Shown here in pieces: positions 45,769-57,512 of a stretch of 64,000 bases of DNA; the first letter of the stretch is position 1; every line of letters begins with the position of its first letter. The position numbers and the translations under genes were made by a program. The DNA comes from Nitrospirota bacterium (lineage in GTDB: Bacteria; Nitrospirota; Nitrospiria; Nitrospirales; Nitrospiraceae): contig CAVPGK010000018.1 in NCBI GenBank assembly GCA_963703955.1, positions 32,001 through 96,000 on the forward strand. The letters are read 5' to 3'. The notes under the pieces were generated by a model. That model saw only the letters and a program-made list of their open reading frames with translations. It made no database searches and was not told the origin of the DNA.

Positions 45769-48750
45769 ATGAGCGCCGAGAAGAGGAGCATCATGGCACT
45801 GTGGTGGGATCGCGAAGCATGGCCGTCAAAGCGGCTGATCCTGACGGCTGAAGGAAGCTCCGACGAATGGGGTGCAGGGGAATCGGTCGCAGAAGACGAA
45901 CTGCCCTCGGCTCCAAGCCAGCTCGTTGTTAAACCAGGCAATGGCCGCAATACTGTCACATGGGAGCCCGTTCCGGACGCGCTCTACTATAACATCTATT
46001 TCCTAACCACCAAAGGCGTGCAGATCAAGTTCTCGGTACTGACCCGCCCGATCGCCAGCGCAACCGACTTTAGTCCCGTCATCGGAGTCACCAAAGAAAA
46101 AGGAAACCTGATCGAAGGGGCCACGTCGCCGTTTGTGCATGACGACTTGGCCAACGGGACGTGCTACCACTATGTGGTGACGGTGGTCACCCCGAAGGGA
46201 GAAAGCCCCGAGTCCACCGAAACTATGGCGATCCCTTCTCCGTACCTGCTGGCGAAGATCATCGGGCAGACTGGTGTGGACGACGGAGAGTTCAATTCAC
46301 CCACAGGGATTGCCATCGATAAGGATGGCAACATCTATGTGGCGGATACCGACAATCATTCCATTCAGAAATTCGACAAGGACGGAACATTTCTTGCCCG
46401 TTGGGGAGGAGAGCCGAGTTCGCAGGAAGGACAGTTTTACTATCCGCGCGGGCTGGCCGCGGGCCCTGATGGTGAGGTCTACATCGCCGACAGCGGAAAC
46501 AATCGGGTGCAGAAGTTCGACTCCGAAGGCAACTGCATGCATGCCTGGGGGAAATTCGGCTTCGCTTGGCGAGGCGCCGACATCGGAAAATTCGACGTGC
46601 CGTGGGGGGTGGCGACTGACCATCAAGGGAACGTCTACCTCTCGGATACCAGTAACGCGCGCATCCAAAAATTTCAGGACGACGGCACTCCGTTGATGAA
46701 ATGGGGTCGTGACGGAAGCTATGACGGCGCCTTTTTCTTCCCGAGAGGGGTGACGATCGATTTTGTCGGCAATGTGTTTGTCGCAGACGAGAGCAATCAT
46801 CGTATCCAAAAATTCGACGCCCGAGGCAGCTTCCTGGCGAAATGGGGCAAGGAGGGCAACGGGCCAGGACAGTTTAAATCCCCATGGGGGGTGGCGTGCG
46901 ACGCGCTCGGGAACGTCTATGTGGTAGACAGCGGCAATCACCGCGTTCAGAAATTCGACGGCAACGGGACGTTTCTCTGCGCCTGGGGCAACCGAGGGAT
47001 CACGGAGGGCCAGTTCAATTTCCCATCGGGTATTGCCGTAGATAAAGAGGGAAACGTCTATGTCGTGGACAGCGGAAACGGTCGGGTCATGAAGTATGTC
47101 CCGACGGAAGAGGAAATCCAGAAAACCCAACAGACCAAGCCACAGACGACGACGTCACTGCCGGCTCCTCGCAGCGTGGTGGTGAAACCCGGAGATACGG
47201 AAACCATTCTCAGTTGGCTCGAGGCCCCGAGCGCCGTTTCCTACAACCTCTATTTCCATACGTCGCCCGGCGTCACACTGCAAACCGGAACCCGCATCGA
47301 GGGAGTGACTAGTCCGTATAACCACTCGGGGCTGACCAACGACATTCCCTACTACTATGCGGTGACCGCGGTCTACGAGGATGGCTCGGAAAGTTCGTTG
47401 TCGGAAGAAGTCACCGCGACGCCGGTGTTGATCGACATGACAGCTCCCCAAAACCCGTACGCGGTGGTCAATCACGGCGGATTCATGACCAACTCGCCCG
47501 ATGTGGTCGTCACTATTTCAGCCACCGATCTGGACACCGGTGTGGCGGCGTATTACATCTCAGAGAGTCCGATTGCGCCAACTGCCGGGGTGCCGGGATG
47601 GGTGGAGGTCGATCCAATATATAAGTTCGGCGGGACGATCCCCTTTGCGCTTTCGCCTGGAGATGGCAACAAAACCATCTATGTCTGGTTCAAAGATGTC
47701 GGCAACAATGTGTCGGTGCCGGCCAGCGCCAGCATTCTCGTCAATACGTCCGGGTATCTCTGCGTCTCCAAGTGGGGAAAGCCGGGTCGTGGAGCGTCGC
47801 TCCTGCACGGCGGCGAGTTTATGGCCCCCATCTATGGGATGGCGATTGATCAACAAGGCTCCCTCTTTGTGGTGGATAACGGTAACAACCGGATTCAGAA
47901 GTTCGACAACAACGGGAACTTCATCATTCTGTGGGGAAGTTTCGGCGGCGCGAACTCCAACTTTCACAACCCAACGGGAATCGCCTGCGATGCGAAAGGT
48001 GACGTGTACGTCGTCGATACGAATAACCATCGTGTCCAGAAATTCGACGGCAAACTGGGCCAGTATGTGATGAAGTTCGGTTCTCGCGGCAACGGCGAAG
48101 GCCAGTTCAGTTCACCCTGGGGGATCGCCGTCGATCGCGTGCGGGGCTACATCTACGTGGTGGACAGCGCCAATTTCAGGGTGCAGAAGTTCGATAAGAC
48201 AGGCGAGTTTATCATGCAATGGGGCAGCTTTGGGAACAACGACGGCCAGTTCTATTTTGCGCGCGGTGTTGCCGTGGATCAGAGCGACGGGACGGTTTAT
48301 GTAGTGGATATGGGCAACCACCGCGTCCAGAAATTCGATACGAGCACCAACGTCTTACCGCAATTGCTGACGAAGTGGGGCGGCGGACTAGGGCCCGGCC
48401 ACGCGAGCAGCGCGCAGGCTCAGGAGGCGGGCCAGCTCCGCTCGCCGTGGGGTATCACCGTCGATGCGAACGGTGATGTGTATGTTACGGATACCGGCAA
48501 CCATCGGATCCAGAAATTCGACCGGGAAGGCAATTATTTGACTCAATGGGGTGGCTTCGGCAACGGGGACGGCCAGTTCAATTTCCCGTACGGCATTGCC
48601 GTCGATGCCCGGGGCAGCGTATTCGCCGTCGACAGCGGCAATACGCGAGTGCAACAGTTCATGCCAGCTGAAGAAGGCGGAGAGCGACTGCAGGAAGAAG
48701 CGGAGGCCGCGGTTCTCTCCGACAAAACGGCGGAATCTCAAAGTCGGTAA
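45769..48750 (+). CDS. Fn3 + NHL-repeat protein (two Fn3-like domains, two 6-bladed propellers)
   Basis: 12 repeats of F..P.GIA.D..G.VYV.D..N.R.QKF; two W..YN.Y..YY.VT Fn3-like units. Confidence 0.9.
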   Translation: MSAEKRSIMALWWDREAWPSKRLILTAEGSSDEWGAGESVAEDELPSAPSQLVVKPGNGRNTVTWEPVPDALYYNIYFLTTKGVQIKFSVLTRPIASATDFSPVIGVTKEKGNLIEGATSPFVHDDLANGTCYHYVVTVVTPKGESPESTETMAIPSPYLLAKIIGQTGVDDGEFNSPTGIAIDKDGNIYVADTDNHSIQKFDKDGTFLARWGGEPSSQEGQFYYPRGLAAGPDGEVYIADSGNNRVQKFDSEGNCMHAWGKFGFAWRGADIGKFDVPWGVATDHQGNVYLSDTSNARIQKFQDDGTPLMKWGRDGSYDGAFFFPRGVTIDFVGNVFVADESNHRIQKFDARGSFLAKWGKEGNGPGQFKSPWGVACDALGNVYVVDSGNHRVQKFDGNGTFLCAWGNRGITEGQFNFPSGIAVDKEGNVYVVDSGNGRVMKYVPTEEEIQKTQQTKPQTTTSLPAPRSVVVKPGDTETILSWLEAPSAVSYNLYFHTSPGVTLQTGTRIEGVTSPYNHSGLTNDIPYYYAVTAVYEDGSESSLSEEVTATPVLIDMTAPQNPYAVVNHGGFMTNSPDVVVTISATDLDTGVAAYYISESPIAPTAGVPGWVEVDPIYKFGGTIPFALSPGDGNKTIYVWFKDVGNNVSVPASASILVNTSGYLCVSKWGKPGRGASLLHGGEFMAPIYGMAIDQQGSLFVVDNGNNRIQKFDNNGNFIILWGSFGGANSNFHNPTGIACDAKGDVYVVDTNNHRVQKFDGKLGQYVMKFGSRGNGEGQFSSPWGIAVDRVRGYIYVVDSANFRVQKFDKTGEFIMQWGSFGNNDGQFYFARGVAVDQSDGTVYVVDMGNHRVQKFDTSTNVLPQLLTKWGGGLGPGHASSAQAQEAGQLRSPWGITVDANGDVYVTDTGNHRIQKFDREGNYLTQWGGFGNGDGQFNFPYGIAVDARGSVFAVDSGNTRVQQFMPAEEGGERLQEEAEAAVLSDKTAESQSR

Positions 48751-48793
48751 CCACCCATCTCGTAATCTTGACCCCCTCCGGGGCCTGTGTTAG

Positions 48794-50320
<1,527 letters not shown>

Positions 50321-50426
50321 CAGCACCAGCAAAGTCGCGCGGGGCGGGGAGCATCGAGGTTCGACCTCTAGCGAAGTGCTACGACGATTTGCTCTGGGCT
50401 GCAGGCTATTCGCAACACGCGAGCCT

Positions 50427-51980
50427 ATGGAATTCTGGCATGACCGAGTCCTGATCCTCGATTTCGGCTCGCAGTACACGCAACTTATTGCCCGTCGCAT
50501 TCGCGAATCGCACGTCTACTCTCAGATCCTTCCCTGTACGACTCCACTCGCGACTATTCTCGCCTCCCGTCCGAAGGGGATCGTTTTGTCTGGAGGGCCC
50601 GCCAGTGTCTATGACCGCAAAGCGCCGCTCGTACCAAGAAGGCTTCTGGAAGTCGACATTCCGATCCTTGGCATCTGCTATGGTATGCAGCTCGTGACGC
50701 ATGTCCTTGATGGGGAGGTCGCAAAGGCTGGGCATCGGGAATATGGGCGCGCTGAGCTAGTGATCGATGATGCGACTGATCTGTTGAAAGGAGTGGGCGC
50801 AGAGTCGTCAACGACGGTATGGATGTCCCATGGCGACCGAATTGAACGGATGCCGAAAGGCTTCCGCGTGATAGCGCACACGTCCAATTCGCCGATAGCG
50901 GCCATGAAGTCGGTGGGAGAGGGGCGCCGGGTCTATTGTCTGCAGTTTCATCCCGAAGTGGCGCACACCGTCAACGGCACACGAATTCTCCAGAACTTCG
51001 TGGGTGAGATCTGCGGATGCAAGCCCACCTGGACCATGAGTTCGTATGTCGATACGGCCGTAGAAAACATCCGCGAGCAGGCCAAAGGGAGAAAGGTCAT
51101 TTGCGCGCTCAGCGGTGGAGTGGATTCATCGGTCGCGGCGGCGCTGACTCATCGGGCCGTGGGGCAGCACCTGACGTGTATCTTTGTCGACAATGGGTTG
51201 CTGCGAAAAGAGGAAGCGACGCACGTTAAGAAGACGTTTGCGCAACTCAATCTCAATTTGCATGCCCTTGATCGATCGGCGGAGTTTCTCAGGGCCTTAC
51301 AGGCCGTTACCAACCCTGAGCGCAAGCGAAAGATCATCGGTCGTCTGTTCATCAAAAACTTTGAAGCCGAAGCCCGCCGGCTGGGGAAGGTGGATTTTCT
51401 AGTTCAAGGCACCTTGTATCCCGACGTGATCGAAAGCGTGTCATTCAAGGGTCCGTCGGCGACGATCAAAACGCATCATAATGTGGGCGGGTTGCCGACC
51501 AAAATGCGGCTTCGTCTGATCGAACCGTTGCGGGAGTTGTTCAAGGATGAGGTCCGGGTAGTGGGGAAGGAACTCGGCCTCCCGGATGACATTATCTGGC
51601 GGCAGCCATTTCCCGGGCCTGGTCTGGCGGTTCGGGTGCTTGGAGCGGTGACCCGTGAGCGACTGGCGATGGTTCGTGCGGCCGACGCCATCGTTGAGGA
51701 AGAAATTCGACGCGCGCATTTCTACCGAGAGACATGGCAAGCCTTCGCCGTGCTCCTGCCGATTCGAACGGTAGGGGTGATGGGGGATCAGCGAACCTAT
51801 GATCACGTGATTGCCGTCCGCGCCGTGACCAGCTTGGACGGTATGACGGCAGACTGGGCCCAGCTCCCGCACCTGTTGTTGAGTCGAATATCGAACCGGA
51901 TCATCAACGAGGTGCGGGGCGTCAATCGTGTGGTGTACGATATCAGTTCGAAGCCGCCGAGTACGATAGAGTGGGAATAG
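50427..51980 (+). CDS. guaA: GMP synthase
   Basis: [34 protein letters not shown]. Confidence 0.97.
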   Translation: MEFWHDRVLILDFGSQYTQLIARRIRESHVYSQILPCTTPLATILASRPKGIVLSGGPASVYDRKAPLVPRRLLEVDIPILGICYGMQLVTHVLDGEVAKAGHREYGRAELVIDDATDLLKGVGAESSTTVWMSHGDRIERMPKGFRVIAHTSNSPIAAMKSVGEGRRVYCLQFHPEVAHTVNGTRILQNFVGEICGCKPTWTMSSYVDTAVENIREQAKGRKVICALSGGVDSSVAAALTHRAVGQHLTCIFVDNGLLRKEEATHVKKTFAQLNLNLHALDRSAEFLRALQAVTNPERKRKIIGRLFIKNFEAEARRLGKVDFLVQGTLYPDVIESVSFKGPSATIKTHHNVGGLPTKMRLRLIEPLRELFKDEVRVVGKELGLPDDIIWRQPFPGPGLAVRVLGAVTRERLAMVRAADAIVEEEIRRAHFYRETWQAFAVLLPIRTVGVMGDQRTYDHVIAVRAVTSLDGMTADWAQLPHLLLSRISNRIINEVRGVNRVVYDISSKPPSTIEWE

Positions 51981-52057
51981 AAAGAGGGAGGGAGCGCCCG
52001 CAATAGAGGACACACGATCGCTTCCTCCCGGGAAAAGAGAGTAAAAGAGAAGAAGAG

Positions 52058-52885
52058 ATGCTGGTCAGGTTACAGAAAGTCATGGCGGGGGCGGGGGTGT
52101 CGTCTCGACGGAAGGCGGAAACGATGATTGCGGAAGGACGGGTGACCGTCAATGGGCAGGTGATACGTAAGCCAGGTGTGCGAGTAGATCCCGAACGCGA
52201 TCATGTGAAGGTCGATGGACGCCATCTCAAAGTCAAGGAACCGTATGCCTACCTCATCCTCAATAAGCCGAGGGGGTATGTATCGTCTCTCACCGACCCC
52301 GAGGGGAGGCCGACGATTAGTGATCTGCTGCCCGGCGTCCGCTTGCGAGTCTTTCCCGTTGGGCGGCTTGACTTCGATAGTGAAGGGATGCTGCTGTTGA
52401 CGAACCATGGTGAGCTGGCGCAGGCGCTGCTGCACCCCCGCTACCATGTCTCCAAGGTCTATCTGATCAAGGTCAAAGGCGTGCTCACCGACGAGGAGAT
52501 TCGACGCCTCGAGCGAGGCGTGCAATTGGAGGACGGCGTGACCAGTCCTGCGGCGGTGCAAAAGGTCCGGAAAGCGACTGAAAACTCGTGGCTGGAAATC
52601 ACCATTCACGAGGGACGGAAACATCAGATCAAGCGCATGCTGGAGGCCGTCGGCCATCCGGTTCTCAAATTGAAGCGTGTGAAATTCGGACCGTTGACGC
52701 TCGGCGATCTGCCGCCGGGGCACTATCGGTATCTCTCGGATCGGGAGGCCAACTCCCTACGAGAATTGCTGCGCAACCGCCTTGCCCAAACTGGAGAGAA
52801 CGTCGGCCGTCCACCGGTTCGTCGAGGTACAGGATCGACACGGCGCACCGTTGGTCGGGTTGTCGAAAGGGCGTTGGCGCGATGA
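52058..52885 (+). CDS. rluB: rRNA pseudouridine synthase (RsuA/RluB family)
   Basis: S4 domain RLQK..SRRKAE; VGRLDFDSEG; EGRKHQIKRM. Confidence 0.9.
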   Translation: MLVRLQKVMAGAGVSSRRKAETMIAEGRVTVNGQVIRKPGVRVDPERDHVKVDGRHLKVKEPYAYLILNKPRGYVSSLTDPEGRPTISDLLPGVRLRVFPVGRLDFDSEGMLLLTNHGELAQALLHPRYHVSKVYLIKVKGVLTDEEIRRLERGVQLEDGVTSPAAVQKVRKATENSWLEITIHEGRKHQIKRMLEAVGHPVLKLKRVKFGPLTLGDLPPGHYRYLSDREANSLRELLRNRLAQTGENVGRPPVRRGTGSTRRTVGRVVERALAR

Positions 52886-54642
52886 TGATCCGAACGCACC
52901 GGTGTGGAGAATTGACCCGGCATCACGCGGGCCAAACGGTCGTGCTGAATGGGTGGGTGCAGCGAAGACGCGACCACGGGACCGTCCTGTTTATCGATCT
53001 ACGTGATCGGCAGGGCATCACCCAGATCGTGTTTAATTCGGAAAAGGCGCCCAAGGTACATGAGCGGGCTGAACGGCTCGGCAGCGAAGATGTGATCGCG
53101 ATTTCCGGTGAAGTTTTGCTGAGACCGGAAGGCGCGGCGAACCCGGATCTGGCCACCGGTGAGATCGAGATCATGGTCCAGAATCTGGAAGTATTGAACG
53201 AAGCTCGGACCCCGCCATTTCTGATTGAAGATGACGCCGATGTGACCGATGCACTTCGATTGAAGTTCCGATATCTCGACCTTCGGCGACCTCAAATGCA
53301 GCGGCTGCTGGGACTTCGACACCACGTGACTCAGACAGTCAGATCCTTTCTAAACGGTCACGGGTTCCTCGAAGTGGAAACGCCCATGCTCACCAAGAGC
53401 ACGCCGGAAGGGGCTCGCGATTACCTCGTCCCCAGTCGCGTGAGTCCCGGCAGTTTCTTCGCGCTTCCGCAGTCGCCGCAACTGTTCAAACAGATCCTGA
53501 TGGTCAGCGGCCTCGACCGTTATTATCAGATCGCCCGTTGCTTTCGAGACGAGGACCTCCGGTTTGATCGCCAACCGGAATTCACTCAGATCGACGTGGA
53601 GATGTCCTTCGTCGATCGCGAGCAGGTGATCTCCCTCATGGAACAGATGATCAGCGCGGTGTTCCGGGACACCGCGGGCATTACGCTAGACACACCGTTC
53701 CCTCGGATAACGCATGCGGAGGCCGTCGGGCGTTATGGGTCGGATAAGCCCGATCTCCGCTTCGGCATGCCGTTGTACGACCTCGGCGCATTTGCCGGGC
53801 AGACGGAATTCAAGGTGTTCCGCGACACGGTGGCAACAGGCGGGATCGTGAAAGCCCTCATCGTCTCGGGCGGCGCGGCGATCTCCAGGACCCGCATCGA
53901 TGCGCTAGGCGAGACCGCGAAGGGGTTCGGAGCCAAGGGATTGGCCTGGGTGAAGATCACCTCAGACGGCCAACTTGAATCGGTCATCGCAAAGTTCTTG
54001 GATGCCAGACAACTACTCAATGCCGTGCCGGATGGCAAGCCCGGCGATCTGGTGCTCTTTGTCGCGGACAAACCGAAGGTGGTTCATGATGTCTTAGGAC
54101 GCTTGCGTTTGTTGCTTGGCGATGAGCTGAAGTTGGTGGATCATAAGCAGTGGCGTCCGCTCTGGGTGCTCGAATTTCCCCTCCTGGATTATGATGATGA
54201 CGCCAAGCGATATATCTTCATGCATAATCCGTTCGCCGCTCCTTTGGATGAAGACGCAGCCTTGTTGGATTCCGAACCATTGCAGGCCAGGGCCAAGGCC
54301 TACGACCTGGTCGTGAATGGAAACGAAATCGGCGGCGGCAGTATCCGAAACCATCGCCGCGACACCCAAATGAGGATTCTCGATCTGCTGGGGATCAAGA
54401 AGGAGGAGGCGCAGGAGAAATTCGGCTTTCTTTTGGATGCGCTCGAGTACGGGGCGCCTCCTCATGGTGGGATCGCGTTCGGGTTGGACCGCTTGGTCAT
54501 GCTGCTGGGAGGCGCCGACTCGATCCGCGACGTGATCGCCTTCCCCAAGACCCAAAAAGCTCAGTGTCTAATGACCGAAGCGCCGTCGCCGGTCTCGCCT
54601 GAGCAGTTGCGCGAACTCTCGATCAAGCTGGATTTGCCGTGA
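52882..54642 (+). CDS. aspS: aspartate-tRNA ligase
   Basis: RTHRCGEL, RRDHG, TPEGARDY, QSPQLFKQ, GGGSIR, PPHGGIAFGLDR. Confidence 0.97.
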   Translation: MMIRTHRCGELTRHHAGQTVVLNGWVQRRRDHGTVLFIDLRDRQGITQIVFNSEKAPKVHERAERLGSEDVIAISGEVLLRPEGAANPDLATGEIEIMVQNLEVLNEARTPPFLIEDDADVTDALRLKFRYLDLRRPQMQRLLGLRHHVTQTVRSFLNGHGFLEVETPMLTKSTPEGARDYLVPSRVSPGSFFALPQSPQLFKQILMVSGLDRYYQIARCFRDEDLRFDRQPEFTQIDVEMSFVDREQVISLMEQMISAVFRDTAGITLDTPFPRITHAEAVGRYGSDKPDLRFGMPLYDLGAFAGQTEFKVFRDTVATGGIVKALIVSGGAAISRTRIDALGETAKGFGAKGLAWVKITSDGQLESVIAKFLDARQLLNAVPDGKPGDLVLFVADKPKVVHDVLGRLRLLLGDELKLVDHKQWRPLWVLEFPLLDYDDDAKRYIFMHNPFAAPLDEDAALLDSEPLQARAKAYDLVVNGNEIGGGSIRNHRRDTQMRILDLLGIKKEEAQEKFGFLLDALEYGAPPHGGIAFGLDRLVMLLGGADSIRDVIAFPKTQKAQCLMTEAPSPVSPEQLRELSIKLDLP

Positions 54643-54736
54643 CGCCTTGGATGTGAGCGTATCCGACCGTTCCTTAGACTGGTTGCTATCCGAATCGGTA
54701 GGCTGGTGTATTGATTAGCCACAAACGAGATGGAAC

Positions 54737-55108
54737 ATGAGGCTCCTGCGTCTCATTGTGGTCGGTCTCCTGTTGACGATTGGTGGATGTTCGATCTTCG
54801 AGGCAAAGGAAACGACCTTTCTCCGTGGAGCTAAGAATCACGCGACGCAGGAAGAGGTGAAACAGCGACTGGGTCCTCCCAAATCAATGAAGGCGACAGA
54901 GTCAGGGGACTCGATCTGGATTTACCAGATCTGGGATTGGCAACCCGGCAATCGGCTCACTGCACCTGGAGGCTGGTGCGACGAATATATCCTCACCTTT
55001 GACCATCAGGACATTCTACGCCGGTGGACTCATAAGAATTATTTCCACGGTGGTGAGGCGTTTCCGACCTATTGTGTGCCCGATCGCTTCTATTCTTCAG
55101 AATCATGA
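54737..55108 (+). CDS. small lipoprotein, paralog 1 (SmpA/BamE-like pattern)
   Basis: Lipobox IGGC; TQEEVKQRLGPP..WIY..LTFD. Confidence 0.75.
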   Translation: MRLLRLIVVGLLLTIGGCSIFEAKETTFLRGAKNHATQEEVKQRLGPPKSMKATESGDSIWIYQIWDWQPGNRLTAPGGWCDEYILTFDHQDILRRWTHKNYFHGGEAFPTYCVPDRFYSSES

Positions 55109-55191
55109 TCCGCATCAATGTGCCCGATCGTGCGCTGCCCCGGTGTAAAATCAAAGGGCACAGAACACTTCCGAAACAGGGGAGGCGCACG

Positions 55192-55569
55192 ATGACAGCC
55201 GCTCTTCAGGTCCTATTCCCGGGTGTCATGATCGTAATGGTAGGATGTTCGCTGTTCGTCGCGAAAGAAACCCTTTATTTGAAAACAGCGCAAGATCAGG
55301 CGACACAAGAGGAGGTCCGGCAACGGCTGGGAGCGCCGGCAATGATGACATCCACGAAAGACGGGGAATCAGTGTGGGTCTATGAAGTGTACGACATTGA
55401 GCCTGGATGCCAAAGCACATGGTGCGCGGGAGGATCATGGTGCGACGAATATGTGCTTACATTCGATGGGCAAGGCATCCTGCGACGCTGGACACATAGG
55501 TCGCAACGCCACGGCGGTGAGCTCATGCCGACGTATTGCGTATCAGGTGGATTCAACCCTCCGTCTTGA
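55192..55569 (+). CDS. small lipoprotein, paralog 2
   Basis: Lipobox MVGC; TQEEVRQRLGAP..WVY..LTFD; GGAGG RBS. Confidence 0.75.
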   Translation: MTAALQVLFPGVMIVMVGCSLFVAKETLYLKTAQDQATQEEVRQRLGAPAMMTSTKDGESVWVYEVYDIEPGCQSTWCAGGSWCDEYVLTFDGQGILRRWTHRSQRHGGELMPTYCVSGGFNPPS

Positions 55570-55734
55570 GCCTTGAGATATTGCCCCGTCCTGAATGCAA
55601 CGTGGAACGAGGTCGCCCTGTTCGCCCTGGTAGCCATGGACAACACTCAGCCCGAGCCGTGTTGGGGCGATCCGTATGCTTTGGAACGAACAGGTGCTCG
55701 AAGGCGTGCGCCGACGGGGCGCGTCAAGCGAACG

Positions 55735-56388
55735 TCAGGCCGGTTCCTTTTCCAGGGTCTGAATAAACTTATCGGCCTCAGCGATCGATCGGTTCATATC
55801 TTTGACGAGCTGATCGACCTGAGCGTCCACCTTGACCAACTCACCCTTGACAGCGGCTAAAGCCTGGGCGTTGAGGTTGTGCTTTAGGTACAGGACTTGG
55901 TCACGGAGGGGGCGCATGACGGGATCAATACGCTGTTCCGCCCGCTTCATCGCGCCGAGCATGTCGTTGTAGCGGCCCTTGGTCTGCACGAGCTTTGCCT
56001 CGCTGCGCTTTCGCAAGTCTTTGTTCGTGTATTGGTCAAGCTCGGACTTCCACTCTTTGAAAAGAGCGTCGCCCACGGACTCCACATCGCCAATCCGCTT
56101 GTGCACCGCTTCCGCCGCGTCTTCGCTGGCCTCGAGCTCGGCGCTGAGTTTCTTGTAGGTGGCTTCGAGATCGCCGCCCTCGTAGCTCACGACTTTGCCG
56201 AATTGGTCCAGGGTGCTTTGAATCTCCTTTTTCGCATCCTCCTGAGCGTCGCGTGCGGCCTTCACACGGCTGCTCAGGATGTCGCGCTTTGCATAACCCA
56301 TCGTTTCCATCGTGGCGAAGTAGGCCTTTTCGCAACCGATCACGAGTAGGGCGACGAGAGCCAGAGTAGCGGTTGAAAGAGTTGTCAT
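55735..56388 (-). CDS. DUF2959 family lipoprotein
   Basis: GCEKAYFATME.MGY.KRDIL..ALFKEW..DQVLYLKHNLNAQA. Confidence 0.85.
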   Translation of the reverse strand: MTTLSTATLALVALLVIGCEKAYFATMETMGYAKRDILSSRVKAARDAQEDAKKEIQSTLDQFGKVVSYEGGDLEATYKKLSAELEASEDAAEAVHKRIGDVESVGDALFKEWKSELDQYTNKDLRKRSEAKLVQTKGRYNDMLGAMKRAEQRIDPVMRPLRDQVLYLKHNLNAQALAAVKGELVKVDAQVDQLVKDMNRSIAEADKFIQTLEKEPA

Positions 56389-56563
56389 GGTTCCCCCGTG
56401 TGTTGGAATCTGCGTAATGGCTCGGCGTTTGCGTCAGACCTTACTCGAAACGGCGCATCGGTATCAACCCATCGCTGACGTCCTATTGGATGGACCAGGG
56501 CTCGAAGCAGGTCAGCAACCATTTGTGAGATCGACTCTGATCAGCAAAGCGTCCCCTCCAGGC

Positions 56564-57409
56564 CTATACCTTGCGCGCCATCGCTTCCAGCCTCGCAATG
56601 CGCTGTCCGATCGGCGGGTGTGTGCTGAACAATGTGGTCAAGCCGCCCCCTGAAAATGGATTCAAAATGAAGAGGTGTGCCGTCGCCGGAGAGGCGAAAC
56701 GCATCGGAATCTGCTGACTCCCACGAGAGATCTTCCGCAGCGCATCCGCCAATGCGAGCGGGTTGTTCGTCAACTCAGCGCCGGCGTCATCGGCAAGGAA
56801 CTCGCGGGAGCGTGAGATCGCCATCTGGATCAACGCCGCAGCCAAAGGCGCCAGCAGGACCGCGATCAAACTGAGCAACGGATTGCTCCTACCGCGTTCG
56901 TCTGCGGAGCGCGACCCGCCGGTCATCATCCCGAACCGCGCCATCATCGTGAGCGCACCGGCCAGTGTCGCAGCCACGGTCATGATCAACGTGTCCCGGT
57001 TGCGCACGTGGCCCAGTTCGTGTCCAAGGACACCTTCGATCTCGTCGCGCCCAAGCAATCGCATCAATCCGGCCGTCACGGCCACGGCCGCGTGCCGAGG
57101 ATTCCGTCCGGTCGCAAAAGCATTGGGGGTCTCCTCCGGAATGATATAGACGCGGGGCATCGGAATGTTGCCGCGCTGGGCAAGGCTCCGAACTATGGCG
57201 TACAGCTCCGGGGCTTGTTCTTCTGTAACCGGCTGCGCATGGTGCATCTTCAGGGCGATCGTGTCCGACCACCAGTACGCCACGATATTCATCAGTCCGG
57301 CGACGATCAAGGCGGTGAGGAAGCCCTGTCCGCCACCCAGCGACCCCCCGGCCCATAACAGCAGTGCCGTAAGCGAGGCCAACAGCATGACGGTTTTCAA
57401 TCGGTTCAT
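56564..57409 (-). CDS. htpX: M48 zinc metalloprotease HtpX
   Basis: PNAFATGR, HELGH, SRSREFLAD, FSTHP. Confidence 0.93.
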   Translation of the reverse strand: MNRLKTVMLLASLTALLLWAGGSLGGGQGFLTALIVAGLMNIVAYWWSDTIALKMHHAQPVTEEQAPELYAIVRSLAQRGNIPMPRVYIIPEETPNAFATGRNPRHAAVAVTAGLMRLLGRDEIEGVLGHELGHVRNRDTLIMTVAATLAGALTMMARFGMMTGGSRSADERGRSNPLLSLIAVLLAPLAAALIQMAISRSREFLADDAGAELTNNPLALADALRKISRGSQQIPMRFASPATAHLFILNPFSGGGLTTLFSTHPPIGQRIARLEAMARKV

Positions 57410-57512
57410 GATTCAATCACGCAGACGCCGTCGCAACAGGGGCGAATGAGGCACTACCGAACCAGAGCGGGCGAGCCTCTTCCTATCGCGGCGCCGTCAA
57501 CTGTGCCGCCGT

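Noticed and set aside
45769..48750. Periodic DNA similarity suggesting a CRISPR-like array
   Set aside because: Explained by in-frame NHL protein repeats; no identical repeats with spacers and no cas genes
51987..52030. 11-bp inverted repeat after guaA
   Set aside because: Large loop and no T tract; cannot be called a terminator or a repeat-family member
52588..52881. 98-aa N-terminal extension of AspS (likewise GuaA from 50376, LpxD to 37487)
   Set aside because: Upstream in-frame starts overlap neighbours; homology begins at the downstream ATGs
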